Shown piece after piece: positions 1 to 9,964 of a DNA stretch of 64,000 bases. The stretch comes from Pseudomonadota bacterium (GTDB taxonomy: Bacteria > Pseudomonadota > Gammaproteobacteria > Xanthomonadales > Rhodanobacteraceae). The notes under the pieces were generated by a model that was given only the letters and a program-made list of their open reading frames with translations, made no database searches and was not told the origin of the DNA. Location of the stretch: positions 5,737-69,736 of the forward strand of contig JAFEEJ010000264.1 in NCBI GenBank assembly GCA_018241145.1, written 5' to 3'. How positions within the stretch are numbered: position 1 is the first letter of the stretch; each line of letters opens with the position of its first letter. The translations under genes were made by a program, and so were the position numbers.

Positions 1-1
1 G

Positions 2-262
2 CTGGAAGATCGCGAAGGCCGCCGTCGCGATGTCCCGCGTTATGCGGATCGCACGCTCGACGTCGACGTCGTCGTCTTCGGCATGCAGGCGCTGGATCGT
101 CCGGAGTGGCGGCAGGCTTTCCTGCTGGCGCCGCTGGCGGACATCGAACCGCGGTTGCCGGTACCGGAAGGTGGCGAAACCGTGGGCGACCGCTGGCGCC
201 GCATGCAGGATTCCGGGGATGCCGCAATGCTGCGTCGGCTCGACGTCGACCTGCTGGACTGA
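2..262 (+). CDS. 3' fragment of a probable HPPK/FolK-like pterin diphosphokinase; the 5' end lies outside the window
   Basis: The frame is open from the window edge to TGA at 260-262. The translation ...YADRTLDVDVVVFG...FLLAPLADIEP resembles HPPK C-terminal motifs. A pteridine reductase-like gene lies nearby. The function is tentative. Confidence 0.4.
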   Translation: MEDREGRRRDVPRYADRTLDVDVVVFGMQALDRPEWRQAFLLAPLADIEPRLPVPEGGETVGDRWRRMQDSGDAAMLRRLDVDLLD

Positions 263-934
263 CTACAACCCGGCTTCGCGCGCCGCCTGATCGAGCCGTG
301 CGCGGCGCGCGGGCACCTGCGTGGATTGCGCGGGTGCTTCCACGAAATCGATCGCGTGCGAGAACATCGCGATCGCGGTGCGCGCGACCTGGCGGGTATC
401 GAACCACGCGTAGGTGCCGACGCCGGCCGCGCCGACCAGCGGCAGCAGCCGCGACAGCCCGGCGCCGAGCGCGCGTTGCGACAATTTGATGCCGACCCGG
501 TCGGCGATGCCGCGCAACACGTTGCCGGTGGCGCGCCGCACGATGAAGCGTTCCCCCGCGCGCACCACGATGTCGCGCACCGCCTGCGCGGCGGTGTGCT
601 TGAACAGGCAGTACAGCATCTGCTCGCGCGTCAGCGTGGAGGATTGCCCGTACGCGGCGGCGATGTCGGCGACCATCTTCGCCTGGATCTTCCAGATCGC
701 CACCAGCTCCGGCAGCACGGTGACCCAGCCCAGCGGCCCGGGGGGCAGCGACAGCGAAGCGGAGGCGACGAACGCGCGCCGGCGCGCGGACGAGGCGATC
801 GCTTCGGCGCGCACGCGCGGCGATACCGAAGGCGGTTCGGCGCTGCGCGGAATCTCGCTGAGGAAGTTGAGGATCGCGCGGGAAATCCCGCGCGTGTCGC
901 CCTGGGTGGCGCCACCGGAGGAAACGATGTTCAT
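263..934 (-). CDS. hypothetical protein, possibly EcsC family
   Basis: 223-aa ORF with an ATG start. The central segment LPELVAIWKIQAKMVADIAAAYG and the Gly/Ala-rich C-terminal segment are reminiscent of EcsC-type proteins. The family assignment comes from memory only. Confidence 0.55.
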   Translation of the reverse strand: MNIVSSGGATQGDTRGISRAILNFLSEIPRSAEPPSVSPRVRAEAIASSARRRAFVASASLSLPPGPLGWVTVLPELVAIWKIQAKMVADIAAAYGQSSTLTREQMLYCLFKHTAAQAVRDIVVRAGERFIVRRATGNVLRGIADRVGIKLSQRALGAGLSRLLPLVGAAGVGTYAWFDTRQVARTAIAMFSHAIDFVEAPAQSTQVPARRARLDQAAREAGL

Positions 935-1003
935 GGGAGGATGTTCGACACGAGCCAGTGCGCAATCTTGCAGGAAGTTTCTCGCGACGACATCAAAATT
1001 GCG

Positions 1004-1750
1004 TCAAATCGCCAAACCGCGCCCGCCGTCCACGCGCAGGATCTGGCCGGTGACGAACGGCGCATCGCGCAACAGCCACAGCACCGCGCCTGCGATATCC
1101 GCGGGCGAACCCTGGCGTTTCAACGCCGTACGCGCCGTCAGCGACGCCATCGTTTCGTCCCCGACCGGCCGTTCCGGCCACAGCACGTCGCCCGGCGCCA
1201 CGCCATTGACGCGCACGTCCGGCGCGAGTTCCTGCGCCAGCGCGAGCGTCGCCATGGCCAGCGCGGCCTTGCTCATGCAATACGCGCCGTGATCCGGCAG
1301 CGGATGTTGCGCGTAGATGTCGACGATGTTGACGATCACGCCGCGCGAAACACGCAGGGATCCCGCGGCGGCCTGCGACAGCAGCAACGGCGCGCGCGCA
1401 TTGATGGCGAAAAGACGGTCGCATTGCTCCGCGGTGATCGAGCCGAAGGGCGTGGAATGAAACGCCGCGGCGTTGTTGACCAGTGCGTCGAGTCTGCCGA
1501 AACGAGCGATCGTTTGTTCGATGAGTTGCGGCAACTGCGCGCTGTCGGTGAGGTCGGCCTGCAACGCCAGCGTGGAACCTGCGCGCATGGCTTCCAGTTC
1601 CGTGATCAACCGATCCAGTTCGGCGCGCGATTGCCGGCAATGCAGGGCGACGTCGTGGCCGGCCGCGTGCAGCGTGCGCGCGATCGTCGCGCCCACGCGC
1701 CGCGCGGCGCCGGTGACCAGGGCAACGGGATTTTCCGTCCGCGCGTTCAT
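1004..1750 (-). CDS. pteridine reductase-like short-chain dehydrogenase (SDR)
   Basis: It carries the N-terminal Rossmann motif ALVTGAARRVG, the NNAA motif, and the catalytic Y..xK in GAYCMSKAAL. I chose the internal ATG (CAT at 1748-1750) just before the Rossmann fold rather than the ORF-track start at 1792. Confidence 0.8.
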   Translation of the reverse strand: MNARTENPVALVTGAARRVGATIARTLHAAGHDVALHCRQSRAELDRLITELEAMRAGSTLALQADLTDSAQLPQLIEQTIARFGRLDALVNNAAAFHSTPFGSITAEQCDRLFAINARAPLLLSQAAAGSLRVSRGVIVNIVDIYAQHPLPDHGAYCMSKAALAMATLALAQELAPDVRVNGVAPGDVLWPERPVGDETMASLTARTALKRQGSPADIAGAVLWLLRDAPFVTGQILRVDGGRGLAI

Positions 1751-1800
1751 GTGCGCGCTATGCTGCGGTATTCGCGCACCCACCGCAATCATCGAACGTC

Positions 1801-3003
1801 TTGAATACCGAATTGCCCGAGCCGACGCCCGAAGAACTGGCGCATTCGGAGCGCCTGTCCGCGCTGATCCGCGAGGAAATCGCGGCGGCCGGGCCGATGC
1901 CGTTCTCGCGGTTCATGGAGCGCTGCCTGTACGCGCCGGGCCTTGGGTATTACAGCGCGGGGAAATGGAAGCTCGGCGCTGCGGGCGATTTCGTCACCGC
2001 GCCGGAACTGGGGGCGCTGTTCGCGCGCTGTGTCGCGCGTGCCGTCGCGCCCGCGCTGCGGGCCTGCGGGGAAAGCGCGGTGTTCTTCGAGCTGGGCGGC
2101 GGCAGCGGGGCATTCGCGCGCGATTGCCTGCTGCAACTGCAAGCGCTGGACGCATCGCCTTCGCGCTACTGGCTGCTGGAGCCGAGCGCCGACCTGCGCG
2201 AGCGCCAGCGCGCGCGGTTGCGCGATGCGCTGCCGCCGGAGCGGTTCGCGCGGGTGGAATGGCTGGATCGTCCGCCGCAGCAGGCGTGGACGGGCGTGCT
2301 GTTCGCCAACGAGGTGCTGGACGCGCTGCCGGTCACGCGTTTCGCGATCGCGCACGGCGGGGTGTTCGAGGAGCACGTGGCGCTGAACCATGCGGGGGAT
2401 CCGCGGCAGGCTTTCATGCGCGTCGATCGTCCCGCCGATGCGCTGGTCGCCGGCGCCGTGCGCCACGTCGAATCACAGCTCGGCGCATTCGCGGACGGCT
2501 ATCGTTCGGAAACACTGCCGCAACTGCCGTGGTGGATCGAGGCCCTCACGCAGAACCTGCAACGCGGCGCGGCGCTGTTCGTGGATTACGGGTATCCGCG
2601 CCGCGAGTTCTACCTGCCCGAGCGCCGCGACGGTACGCTGGTGTGCCATTACCGCCATCGCGCGCACGGCGATCCGTTGCGGTATCCGGGCCTGCAGGAC
2701 ATCACCGCGTTCGTCGATTTCACCGCGCTGGCGGAGGCGGGCGAAGCCTGCGGATTCGAACGCGTCGCCTACGCTTCGCAGGCGTCGTTCCTGATCGCAT
2801 CGGGCCTGGAAGCCGTGTTCGCCGAGGGTTACGCCGCATCGGACGACGAAGTCGCGCGTTACGCGCTCGGCAACGAAGTGAAGCGCCTGACCCTGCCGGG
2901 CGAGATGGGCGAACGCTTCCAGGCGATGCTGTTCGCGCGCGGGTTGGACGCGCCGGAGTCGTTCGCGCCGCTGGTGGACGCGGATCGCAGCGGGCGGCTG
3001 TGA
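1801..3003 (+). CDS. class I SAM-dependent methyltransferase, DUF185/MidA (NDUFAF7-like) family
   Basis: The translation contains FSRFMERCLYAPGLGYYS, DFVTAPE, ELGGGSG and ANEVLDALPV, which is typical of the MidA family. The only in-frame start before these motifs is TTG at 1801. Confidence 0.8.
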   Translation: MNTELPEPTPEELAHSERLSALIREEIAAAGPMPFSRFMERCLYAPGLGYYSAGKWKLGAAGDFVTAPELGALFARCVARAVAPALRACGESAVFFELGGGSGAFARDCLLQLQALDASPSRYWLLEPSADLRERQRARLRDALPPERFARVEWLDRPPQQAWTGVLFANEVLDALPVTRFAIAHGGVFEEHVALNHAGDPRQAFMRVDRPADALVAGAVRHVESQLGAFADGYRSETLPQLPWWIEALTQNLQRGAALFVDYGYPRREFYLPERRDGTLVCHYRHRAHGDPLRYPGLQDITAFVDFTALAEAGEACGFERVAYASQASFLIASGLEAVFAEGYAASDDEVARYALGNEVKRLTLPGEMGERFQAMLFARGLDAPESFAPLVDADRSGRL

Positions 3004-3012
3004 CGATTCCGG

Positions 3013-4233
3013 CTACCGCGGCACCTTCGCGATCGCCGCGATTTGCGCGCGCCGCATCGCCTCGCCGATCTGCGTGCCCTGCAATCCCTGTTCGACGAAC
3101 GGTTGCGAGGTGACCGCCGCGGCCGCATCGCGCGCGGCGCGCAGGTAATCGGCTTGGCGGTAGGCATCGTGCTCGTGGTGCAGGCGCCCGCGCTTGTCGG
3201 CCATGCAGGCCAGCAGGAACGGTTCGAGCCGTTGCGGGCGGCGCAACGCGTCGAACGCCAGCAGCAATTCGAGCACGGTGGAGGGCTTCAATTCCAGCGC
3301 GCGGTGCGCATCGAGGTGGTGCCGGCAGGTGAGTTCCGCCAGTTGCGCGTGTTCGGCCGGCACCCGCAGGCGTTCGGACATGGCGCGCAGGGGCGCCAGC
3401 CCGCGGTGCTCGTGCGCGATGTGACGCGGCAATTCGTCCGCGGGCGTCAGCGCCTTGCCGAGGTCGTGCGTCAGCGCGCAGTAACCGACCAGGTCGTCGC
3501 CGGGCGCCAGCGCCGCCGCCTGGTCCAGCACCAGTTCCAGGTGCACGCCGCAATCGACTTCGGGATGATGCTGCGGCGATTGCGGCACGCCGTACAGTGC
3601 GTCGATTTCCGGAAACAGCACGTGCAACGCGCCGCATTCGTGCAGCGTCCGCAGGAAAGCGGACGGCTGCGGTTCGGACAGCGCCTTGCGCGTCTCCGCC
3701 CAGACGCGTTCGGGCACCAGGTGCGCGACTTCGTCGTTGCGCACCATTTCGCGCATCAGCGCCATCGTTTCTCCGGCCACGGTGAAGCCCAACGGCGCAA
3801 AGCGCGCCATGAAGCGCGCCACGCGCAGCACGCGCACGGGATCTTCCACGAACGCGGGCGAGACGTGCCGCAATACGCGCTGCCCGATGTCGCGTGCGCC
3901 GTGGAACGGGTCGACCAGCGCGCCGTGTTCGTCGCGCGCCATGGCGTTGATGGTGAGGTCGCGCCGCAGCAGATCCTGCTCCAGCGTCACGGCGGGGTCG
4001 CTGTCCACCACGAAGCCGCGGTAGCCGCGTCCGGCCTTGCGTTCGGTGCGCGCCAGCGCGTGTTCTTCCTTCGTCTGCGGGTGCAGGAACACCGGGAAAT
4101 CGCGGCCGACCGGCTGGAAACCGCGCGCGCGCATGTCGTCGGGCGTGGCGCCAACCACCACGAAGTCGCGGTCGCCGTGCGCGCGGCCCAGCAATTCGTC
4201 GCGCACCGCGCCGCCGACCAGATAGATTCGCAT
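3013..4233 (-). CDS. cca: multifunctional CCA-adding enzyme (tRNA nucleotidyltransferase / phosphohydrolase)
   Basis: [50 protein letters not shown] is near-collinear with E. coli Cca, and an HD-domain motif (THDLGK) is present. Confidence 0.93.
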   Translation of the reverse strand: MRIYLVGGAVRDELLGRAHGDRDFVVVGATPDDMRARGFQPVGRDFPVFLHPQTKEEHALARTERKAGRGYRGFVVDSDPAVTLEQDLLRRDLTINAMARDEHGALVDPFHGARDIGQRVLRHVSPAFVEDPVRVLRVARFMARFAPLGFTVAGETMALMREMVRNDEVAHLVPERVWAETRKALSEPQPSAFLRTLHECGALHVLFPEIDALYGVPQSPQHHPEVDCGVHLELVLDQAAALAPGDDLVGYCALTHDLGKALTPADELPRHIAHEHRGLAPLRAMSERLRVPAEHAQLAELTCRHHLDAHRALELKPSTVLELLLAFDALRRPQRLEPFLLACMADKRGRLHHEHDAYRQADYLRAARDAAAAVTSQPFVEQGLQGTQIGEAMRRAQIAAIAKVPR

Positions 4234-4334
4234 GGCCGCATTCTGCCATGCGCAGACCGACAGTTATGCGCGCCCCGGGGCGCCGTCGATCGCCGCTGCA
4301 GGAGAGGTTGCGATGATCGCGACGGGCGCGGCGC

Positions 4335-5309
4335 TCATCCCCGGCCGGGCGTTTCGTACGAATGTCGCGCGGCATCGCGCTGCCCGGCGCGCGCCGCGTC
4401 CAGGCGAAGTTCGCGCGCGGGCGCGGCCAGCAAGCCCGGCAGCAGGACGGCGAAGCGCTGCGGGGCGATGCCGAGTTCGGCCAGGCCGTCCTGCGTGCCC
4501 ACCGCATCCAGCTTCAGCGACTTGAAGTTGTCGGAGGAAAACGGCTTGCCGGGAACGAAGTCGCACGCACGCGCCTGCAGCCACCCCAGCGCATCCGGCA
4601 GTGGCAGCACCACGCGGCGCAGTTGCGCGGCATCGCGGATCATGCGCACGATCTGGATAAGCGTATAGACGTCCGGTCCGTACAATTCGTAGCTGCGCGC
4701 CGTGCCCTCGCGACCGCCGAGGGTTCGCACGATGGCCGTGCAGACATCGCCAACGTGGACCGGCGCGATCCGCGCGTGCGGCCGCGCCAGCGGCAGTACC
4801 GGAAACCATTTCAACAAGCCGTGGAAACGCGAGATCAATCCGTCGCCGCGTCCGTAGACGATCGTCGGGCGGAAAATCGTCCAGTCCAGCCCGGAGTTCC
4901 GCACCAGCGCTTCGGCTTCGCCGCGCGTCTTCAGGTATTTCGAGGCGTCGCTGCCGGCGTTGATCGAGCTCATCTGCAACAGGCGTCCGACGCCGGCCTC
5001 GCGGCAGGCGGCGATCACGCTGGCGGTGAGGTCGACATGCGCGCGCGCGAAGCGCGCACGTCCGGTTTCGTTGAGGATGCCGACCAGGTTCAACACCGCC
5101 GCGTGGCCGTTGAACGCGCGCGCCAGCGCCGCGCGCTCGTACACGTTGACGCTGGCCATGCGCACCGACGGCAGCACGCGCAGCGCGCGATGTTGCTCGC
5201 GGTTGCGCGACAGCAGCGTGATCGCGTGGCCTTCGGCCGCGAGCCGCGGCACCAGATGGCTGCCGATGAAACCGGTGCCGCCGAGGATCGCGATGCGCTG
5301 CGGTTTCAT
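4335..5309 (-). CDS. NAD(P)-binding epimerase/dehydratase, complex I NDUFA9-like family
   Basis: It has the N-terminal ILGGTGFIGSHL Rossmann motif, and its ~324-aa length is typical of NDUFA9-like proteins. Confidence 0.8.
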   Translation of the reverse strand: MKPQRIAILGGTGFIGSHLVPRLAAEGHAITLLSRNREQHRALRVLPSVRMASVNVYERAALARAFNGHAAVLNLVGILNETGRARFARAHVDLTASVIAACREAGVGRLLQMSSINAGSDASKYLKTRGEAEALVRNSGLDWTIFRPTIVYGRGDGLISRFHGLLKWFPVLPLARPHARIAPVHVGDVCTAIVRTLGGREGTARSYELYGPDVYTLIQIVRMIRDAAQLRRVVLPLPDALGWLQARACDFVPGKPFSSDNFKSLKLDAVGTQDGLAELGIAPQRFAVLLPGLLAAPARELRLDAARAGQRDAARHSYETPGRG

Positions 5310-5318
5310 GGACGGGCC

Positions 5319-7421
5319 TCAGGGATGGTTGCCGGCGCTGGCGGCGGGCGCTGCGGTGGTGGCCGCGGCGGCATTGCGCTGCGCGCCGGTGGCGTCCATG
5401 CGGCACGTCACCGGTTTGCGTGCCGCGCCGCCGTTGAAATCGTAGGAGCTTCCGATCGCGGGCATGCGCGTCGTGACCGGCGATGCATCGCCGTGCAGGC
5501 GCCAGTCGTACATCGTGGTGAACGACAGCACGCGGGCGACGTATTCGCGGGTTTCCTGATAGGGAATGGTGGCGATGAAGGCATCCGGTTCGAGCTCGCC
5601 GCGCGCGTCGATCCAGCGCTGCACCGGCGCCGGGCCGGCGTTGTAGGCCGCGCTCGCCAGCCACGGGCTGCCGTCGAAGCGCAGTGCCATGCCGGCGAGA
5701 TAGCGCGTGCCCAGCGGGATGTTCACGTCCGGATCGTACAGGTCGCCGGCGCCGCCGTAAGGCAATCCGTTCCGGCGCGCGAGATCCGCCGCGGTGCCCG
5801 GAAGCAGCTGCATCAGGCCATAGGCGTCGGCGGCGGAATGCGCGTCGGTCTGCCATGCGCTCTCGGCGCGGATGATGGCGAACGCCCACGCCGGATCGAT
5901 GCCGGCCGTGCGCGATGCCGCGAGCACGTCGTCCCTGTCGGCCAGCGGAAAGCGTTGCTCGTACAGGTGCAGGTTGTCGTCGCCGACGAACGCGAACACC
6001 GCGCGGTCGTACCAGCCGCGCTGCGAGGCGAGTCCGGCGACGACGCGCTGGTCCGCCGGCGGCAGCGGCGCGAACGCGCGCGCCCATTCCCGCCGTGCCG
6101 CAGGCAGCATGTCGAGCGCGAAGAATTCGAAGGCGCGCGCGAAGCCGGGCGTGGCGAGCAGGCGCTGCTGCGCGGCGGGATCGTCCACCAGTTGTTCCGC
6201 GCAGATGCTGTAAGGCAGGCTCGCGCGGTCCGCGGCGAGAAATCCGTAATACGTCGCCTGTTGCGCCAGCGCCGCATAACCCTGGCTCGCGTCGGCGGCG
6301 CGGCCCAGTTTTTCGGCCACGCGCGCGGTCCAGTAACGCCATTCGTCGTGCTGCATTTCCTCGGGCGTCAGCGCGGCCAGTGCGCCCTGCGCGGCGTTCC
6401 AGTCGCGGTTGGCCAGCGCCACGCGCACGCGCCACTCGCGCGTGGCATCGGTCTGCGCCGCGGACGGCAGTGCGGCAAGCCGCGCCAGCGCGTCGGCGCT
6501 GAAATCGGTGGCGGCGTACAGCGCCAGCGCGTTGAGTGCGCGATCGCGCTGGCCTTCGTCGAATGCGAAACGCGTGGACAGCTTCTGCCATGCGGCCTGC
6601 GCCGGCTGGCTGTTGCGGCGGGCGTAGCGCGTCAGCGCGATCACCAGTGCTTCGCGCGTGCGCGTGTTGTCCGGCAATTGCGATGCGCGCGCCAGCAGCG
6701 TGGACGGGGAACGCAGGGCCGTCGCGAACCTGCGCGCGGCTTCCTGCTGGTCCTGCGGCAGCCATGCTGCGGACTGGTCGATGGTCGATGCCGACCTGGC
6801 TTCCGCGGCGCGTTCGATGCGGTCCCACACGCGTTCCGGCGTCAGCAGCCCCTGTGCATCCGCCGCCTGCAGCACCGGCGCGCAGGCCGAAGGCAGGCTG
6901 GCTTCCTGCCACAGCGCGGCGAGGTCGCGCTGGAAATCCAGCGCGCGGCCCTGCGCGAGTCGCGCCTGCAGCGCACCGCAATCGAGCGCATCGCCCAGGC
7001 CCGGCTGGTAGAACGCGAGGAATCCCTGCCAATCGCGCTGCCGTGCGAGCAGCTGCAGCTCGGCGCGGCGCAGGTCGTCGGCGGGAATCAAGCCCGGATA
7101 ACGCGTCAGATACGCTTGCACCTGCGCGCGATCGGCGTGCGCGAGATCGCTTTGCAGCGCGGCGGCTTCCAGATACGGATACAGCGGATAGTCGTTCAGT
7201 CCGCGCGCCAGCGCTTGCCAATCCCGGCCGGCGCTCGCGGCCGCATACGCCGCACGGAATGCTTCGCGCTGCGATGCCTGATCCATCGTCTGCGCGGGAG
7301 CGCCGCAGGCCACCAGCACCAGCAATACCAGCAGGCCGCGCAGCGGCTGCACGATCCTGCGCAGCTTGCCGGAAGCCGGCGCCGCATTCATCGACACCAC
7401 GTTCATCGACACCGCGTTCAT
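5319..7421 (-). CDS. slt: soluble lytic murein transglycosylase (Slt70-like)
   Basis: The C-terminal SLT domain motifs AIIRAESAW, GLMQLLPGTA and AAYNAGP follow a long helical superhelix region. A signal peptide LLVLLVLVACGAPAQT is present. Three in-frame ATGs at 7421, 7406 and 7391 are possible starts. The ORF-track start at 7511 would overlap the upstream gene. Confidence 0.9.
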   Translation of the reverse strand: MNAVSMNVVSMNAAPASGKLRRIVQPLRGLLVLLVLVACGAPAQTMDQASQREAFRAAYAAASAGRDWQALARGLNDYPLYPYLEAAALQSDLAHADRAQVQAYLTRYPGLIPADDLRRAELQLLARQRDWQGFLAFYQPGLGDALDCGALQARLAQGRALDFQRDLAALWQEASLPSACAPVLQAADAQGLLTPERVWDRIERAAEARSASTIDQSAAWLPQDQQEAARRFATALRSPSTLLARASQLPDNTRTREALVIALTRYARRNSQPAQAAWQKLSTRFAFDEGQRDRALNALALYAATDFSADALARLAALPSAAQTDATREWRVRVALANRDWNAAQGALAALTPEEMQHDEWRYWTARVAEKLGRAADASQGYAALAQQATYYGFLAADRASLPYSICAEQLVDDPAAQQRLLATPGFARAFEFFALDMLPAARREWARAFAPLPPADQRVVAGLASQRGWYDRAVFAFVGDDNLHLYEQRFPLADRDDVLAASRTAGIDPAWAFAIIRAESAWQTDAHSAADAYGLMQLLPGTAADLARRNGLPYGGAGDLYDPDVNIPLGTRYLAGMALRFDGSPWLASAAYNAGPAPVQRWIDARGELEPDAFIATIPYQETREYVARVLSFTTMYDWRLHGDASPVTTRMPAIGSSYDFNGGAARKPVTCRMDATGAQRNAAAATTAAPAASAGNHP

Positions 7422-7430
7422 CGGCACGAT
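7386..7430. repeat. 15-bp tandem repeat x3 at the slt 5' end
   Basis: The plus strand reads attcatcgacaccac / gttcatcgacaccgc / gttcatcggcacgat. On the coding strand each unit carries an in-frame ATG, giving the peptide MNAVS MNVVS MNAA. Confidence 0.85.
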
Positions 7431-7494
7431 TGTAGTCGATGCGCTCCCGCGGCCTGCCAAGGACCGGGACGCTGCGCGCGACAACCCGGGAATG

Positions 7495-8328
7495 TCAATC
7501 GTTGGCGGCACGCAACACGGGCAGCGCAGCCACCGATGCCGCGGGTACGCGGATCTGGGCGGCCAGCGGCAGGTGGTCGGAGAAGGCGTCCGACAAGGTC
7601 CACATGCGTTCGATGGCGATGCCGCGCGACACCAGGATGTGGTCGATCGCGCGTTGCGGGCGCCAGCTCGGGAACGTCGGACGGGTTTCCAGCGGTTCGG
7701 ACAACGACGTGCGCGAAAACAGCACGCGCAGTTCGAGGCTGTCCGGGTCGCAATTCAAATCGCCCATCAGCACCGTGTTCGGATGGCCGGCGAGCAATTC
7801 GGCGATGAAGGCGAGTTGCCGCAGGCGCGACTGCGGGCCCAGCGAGAGGTGCGCGACCGCCACGGTCAGCGCTTCGGCGTCGCCGCCGTAGCGCGCGATC
7901 AGCACGCCGCGTCCGCCGATGCGCCCGGGCAACGGATAGTCCAGCACCTCCGTGGGCTGCAGCCGGCTGATCAATCCGTTGGCCGAATGTGCGACCTTCG
8001 ACACGCGCCGGTTGGGCTGGTGGCTCCAGAACGGCAGGCCGGAAGTTTCCGCAAGGTATTGCGTCTGGTTGAGGAAACCCGAGCGCATGCTGCCCGCATC
8101 CGCTTCCTGCAATCCGATCACGTCGAACTGCGCGATCTCGCGCGCCAGCCTGTTGAGGTTGTTGCGCTTGTGCGGCGCGGGCAGCACCGCGCTCCAGCTG
8201 CGGGTGACGTACTCGTGGTAACGGCCGATGCTGGCGCCCGCGAGGATGTTGCAGCTCAGCAGGCGCAGCGATGCTTCGGTCGGGATGGCGACGGGCGTGC
8301 TCACGCCGGCAAGCCTAACAGCGTGCAC
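7495..8328 (-). CDS. endonuclease/exonuclease/phosphatase (EEP) family protein
   Basis: LLSCNILAG, DVIGLQE, GDLNCDP and SDHLP are the conserved EEP catalytic motifs. The start is GTG at 8328, or possibly GTG at 8304. Confidence 0.8.
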   Translation of the reverse strand: MHAVRLAGVSTPVAIPTEASLRLLSCNILAGASIGRYHEYVTRSWSAVLPAPHKRNNLNRLAREIAQFDVIGLQEADAGSMRSGFLNQTQYLAETSGLPFWSHQPNRRVSKVAHSANGLISRLQPTEVLDYPLPGRIGGRGVLIARYGGDAEALTVAVAHLSLGPQSRLRQLAFIAELLAGHPNTVLMGDLNCDPDSLELRVLFSRTSLSEPLETRPTFPSWRPQRAIDHILVSRGIAIERMWTLSDAFSDHLPLAAQIRVPAASVAALPVLRAAND

Positions 8329-8379
8329 GTGAAGGCAAATGCGAAATCCGTTCGCATCCGGGCATGGCGTGCCGCGCCG

Positions 8380-9126
8380 TTACGGCCCGGCCCCCTTTCG
8401 TTCCGCCTGCTGCACCAGCCAGTTTCCGACCTGCGCGAGTTCCTCGTAGCTGTGGATCTCGGCGCTGCGGTATTCGGCCACGACCGGAGCATCGGCCGTG
8501 TCGTCCTGCAGGCGTCCGACCACCAGCGTCGGCGTTTCGTCGATGCCCCAGCCTTGCTCGATCCTGGTGTCGGCATCGATCTGCGCCTGCGTTTGCGGCG
8601 AATTGGCCGCAGCGAGGAACTTCTGCTGGTCCACGCCGTGGTTGGCGTAGAAGCCCGCCAGGTCCTGCAGCGAGTTCAGCGGATAGTGTTCCATCATCGC
8701 CTTGAACAGCGCGTCATGGGTGGCGTCCAGCGCACCGAGCTGGCGCACGGCGTAGAAAGCCTGCGCGTAGGGCTTCCAGTCGTCGTTGAATACCGCGGGC
8801 ATGTAACGCACCTGCACGTCCTTCGGCAACTGCGCGCGCAGCTTGTCGAAGAACGGCGCGAATTCCGCGCAATGCGGGCAGCCGTAGGAAAACACTTCGA
8901 CCAGCACCACGGGGCCGGTTGCGGCCGGCTGCTGCGCGGTGCGTGCGATGCGGACGTATTGCTTGCCTTCGGTGAAGCTGCCCGGCGCGGCCGGTTTCAT
9001 TGCGCCGGCGGACGATGCCGCAGGCGAAACCGACGCGCCGTTGGTTTCGTTGTGCGCGGAGCAGGCTGCGGTCAGCAGCAGGCCGAGCGCCAGCAACGCG
9101 GCCGGAATGCCGCGATGCGCCTTCAT
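8380..9126 (-). CDS. dsbA: thiol:disulfide interchange protein, DsbA family (lipoprotein-type signal)
   Basis: The active site is FSYGCPHCAEF (CPHC). The N-terminal lipobox-like sequence is LLLTAAC. The DsbA-type helical insertion is present. Confidence 0.88.
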   Translation of the reverse strand: MKAHRGIPAALLALGLLLTAACSAHNETNGASVSPAASSAGAMKPAAPGSFTEGKQYVRIARTAQQPAATGPVVLVEVFSYGCPHCAEFAPFFDKLRAQLPKDVQVRYMPAVFNDDWKPYAQAFYAVRQLGALDATHDALFKAMMEHYPLNSLQDLAGFYANHGVDQQKFLAAANSPQTQAQIDADTRIEQGWGIDETPTLVVGRLQDDTADAPVVAEYRSAEIHSYEELAQVGNWLVQQAERKGAGP

Positions 9127-9815
9127 GGCTTCGCCGCCGCTTCGCGCGCGACCAGGTACTTGGTGAGTTCGATCACCTGTTCCGGTCCACCGGCGGAAGC
9201 CATGTCATACCGCCACTTGCCGTTGACGACCATGGTGGGCGTGCCGGTGACGCCATAGGCCTGCACCAGCGCGTCGGCGCGCTTCATCCTGGTATTCACC
9301 GCGAACGAGTTGGCGGTGGCGACGAAGTCCGCAGTCTTCACGCCGTACTTCGCGTAGAATTTGGCGATGTCGTTGATGTCAGGCAACGGATTCTTCAGGC
9401 GGGCCGTGGCGGGGTCGTATGTGGCGAGTTCGCCGCCGGGCGAATGGATGGCCTTGAACATGGCGTCGTGCGTCTTGGCTTCGATGCCCAGCGCCTGCGC
9501 GGCGTAATACGCGCGCTGGAATACCGGGAAATCCTCGACCGGGTTGAACGACACCGGCAGGTAATCCATGTAGGCATCGGCCGGCAGCGCCTTGGCGATG
9601 CGGTCGGCGTAGGGCAGGAAGCGGAAGCACACCGGGCAGGCGTAGGAAAAAACTTCCGTCACTTCCACCTTGCCCGGGTTGGGGGTGGGTTGCGGCGTGT
9701 CGATGCGGAAATAGTTCTTGCCTTCGACCCATTGCGCGGCGCCGGCCGGCGCCTGCGCGAACGCGCTGCCGGCCAGGGCAACGGCAGCAAGGAAAAAGAC
9801 GGCGCGTCGGATCAT
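9123..9815 (-). CDS. thiol:disulfide interchange protein, second DsbA-family paralog
   Basis: The active site is FSYACPVCFRF (CPVC), with a cis-Pro loop GTPTMVVNG and a signal peptide FFLAAVALAGSAFA. Its stop overlaps the downstream dsbA start (ATGA). Confidence 0.85.
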   Translation of the reverse strand: MIRRAVFFLAAVALAGSAFAQAPAGAAQWVEGKNYFRIDTPQPTPNPGKVEVTEVFSYACPVCFRFLPYADRIAKALPADAYMDYLPVSFNPVEDFPVFQRAYYAAQALGIEAKTHDAMFKAIHSPGGELATYDPATARLKNPLPDINDIAKFYAKYGVKTADFVATANSFAVNTRMKRADALVQAYGVTGTPTMVVNGKWRYDMASAGGPEQVIELTKYLVAREAAAKP

Positions 9816-9964
9816 TGCGGGCTACCTCCCAAGGCGGGTATCTGGAAGCGCGCAGTTTCCTGCGGCGCGGCTGAACGGTGGTTGCGTCCTTCCTGCGACC
9901 GCGGCGTTCCCGGAACGTTCGCAGGGAAAACGACGCGCCGACGCAGGCCGGGCGGAATGCCGGA

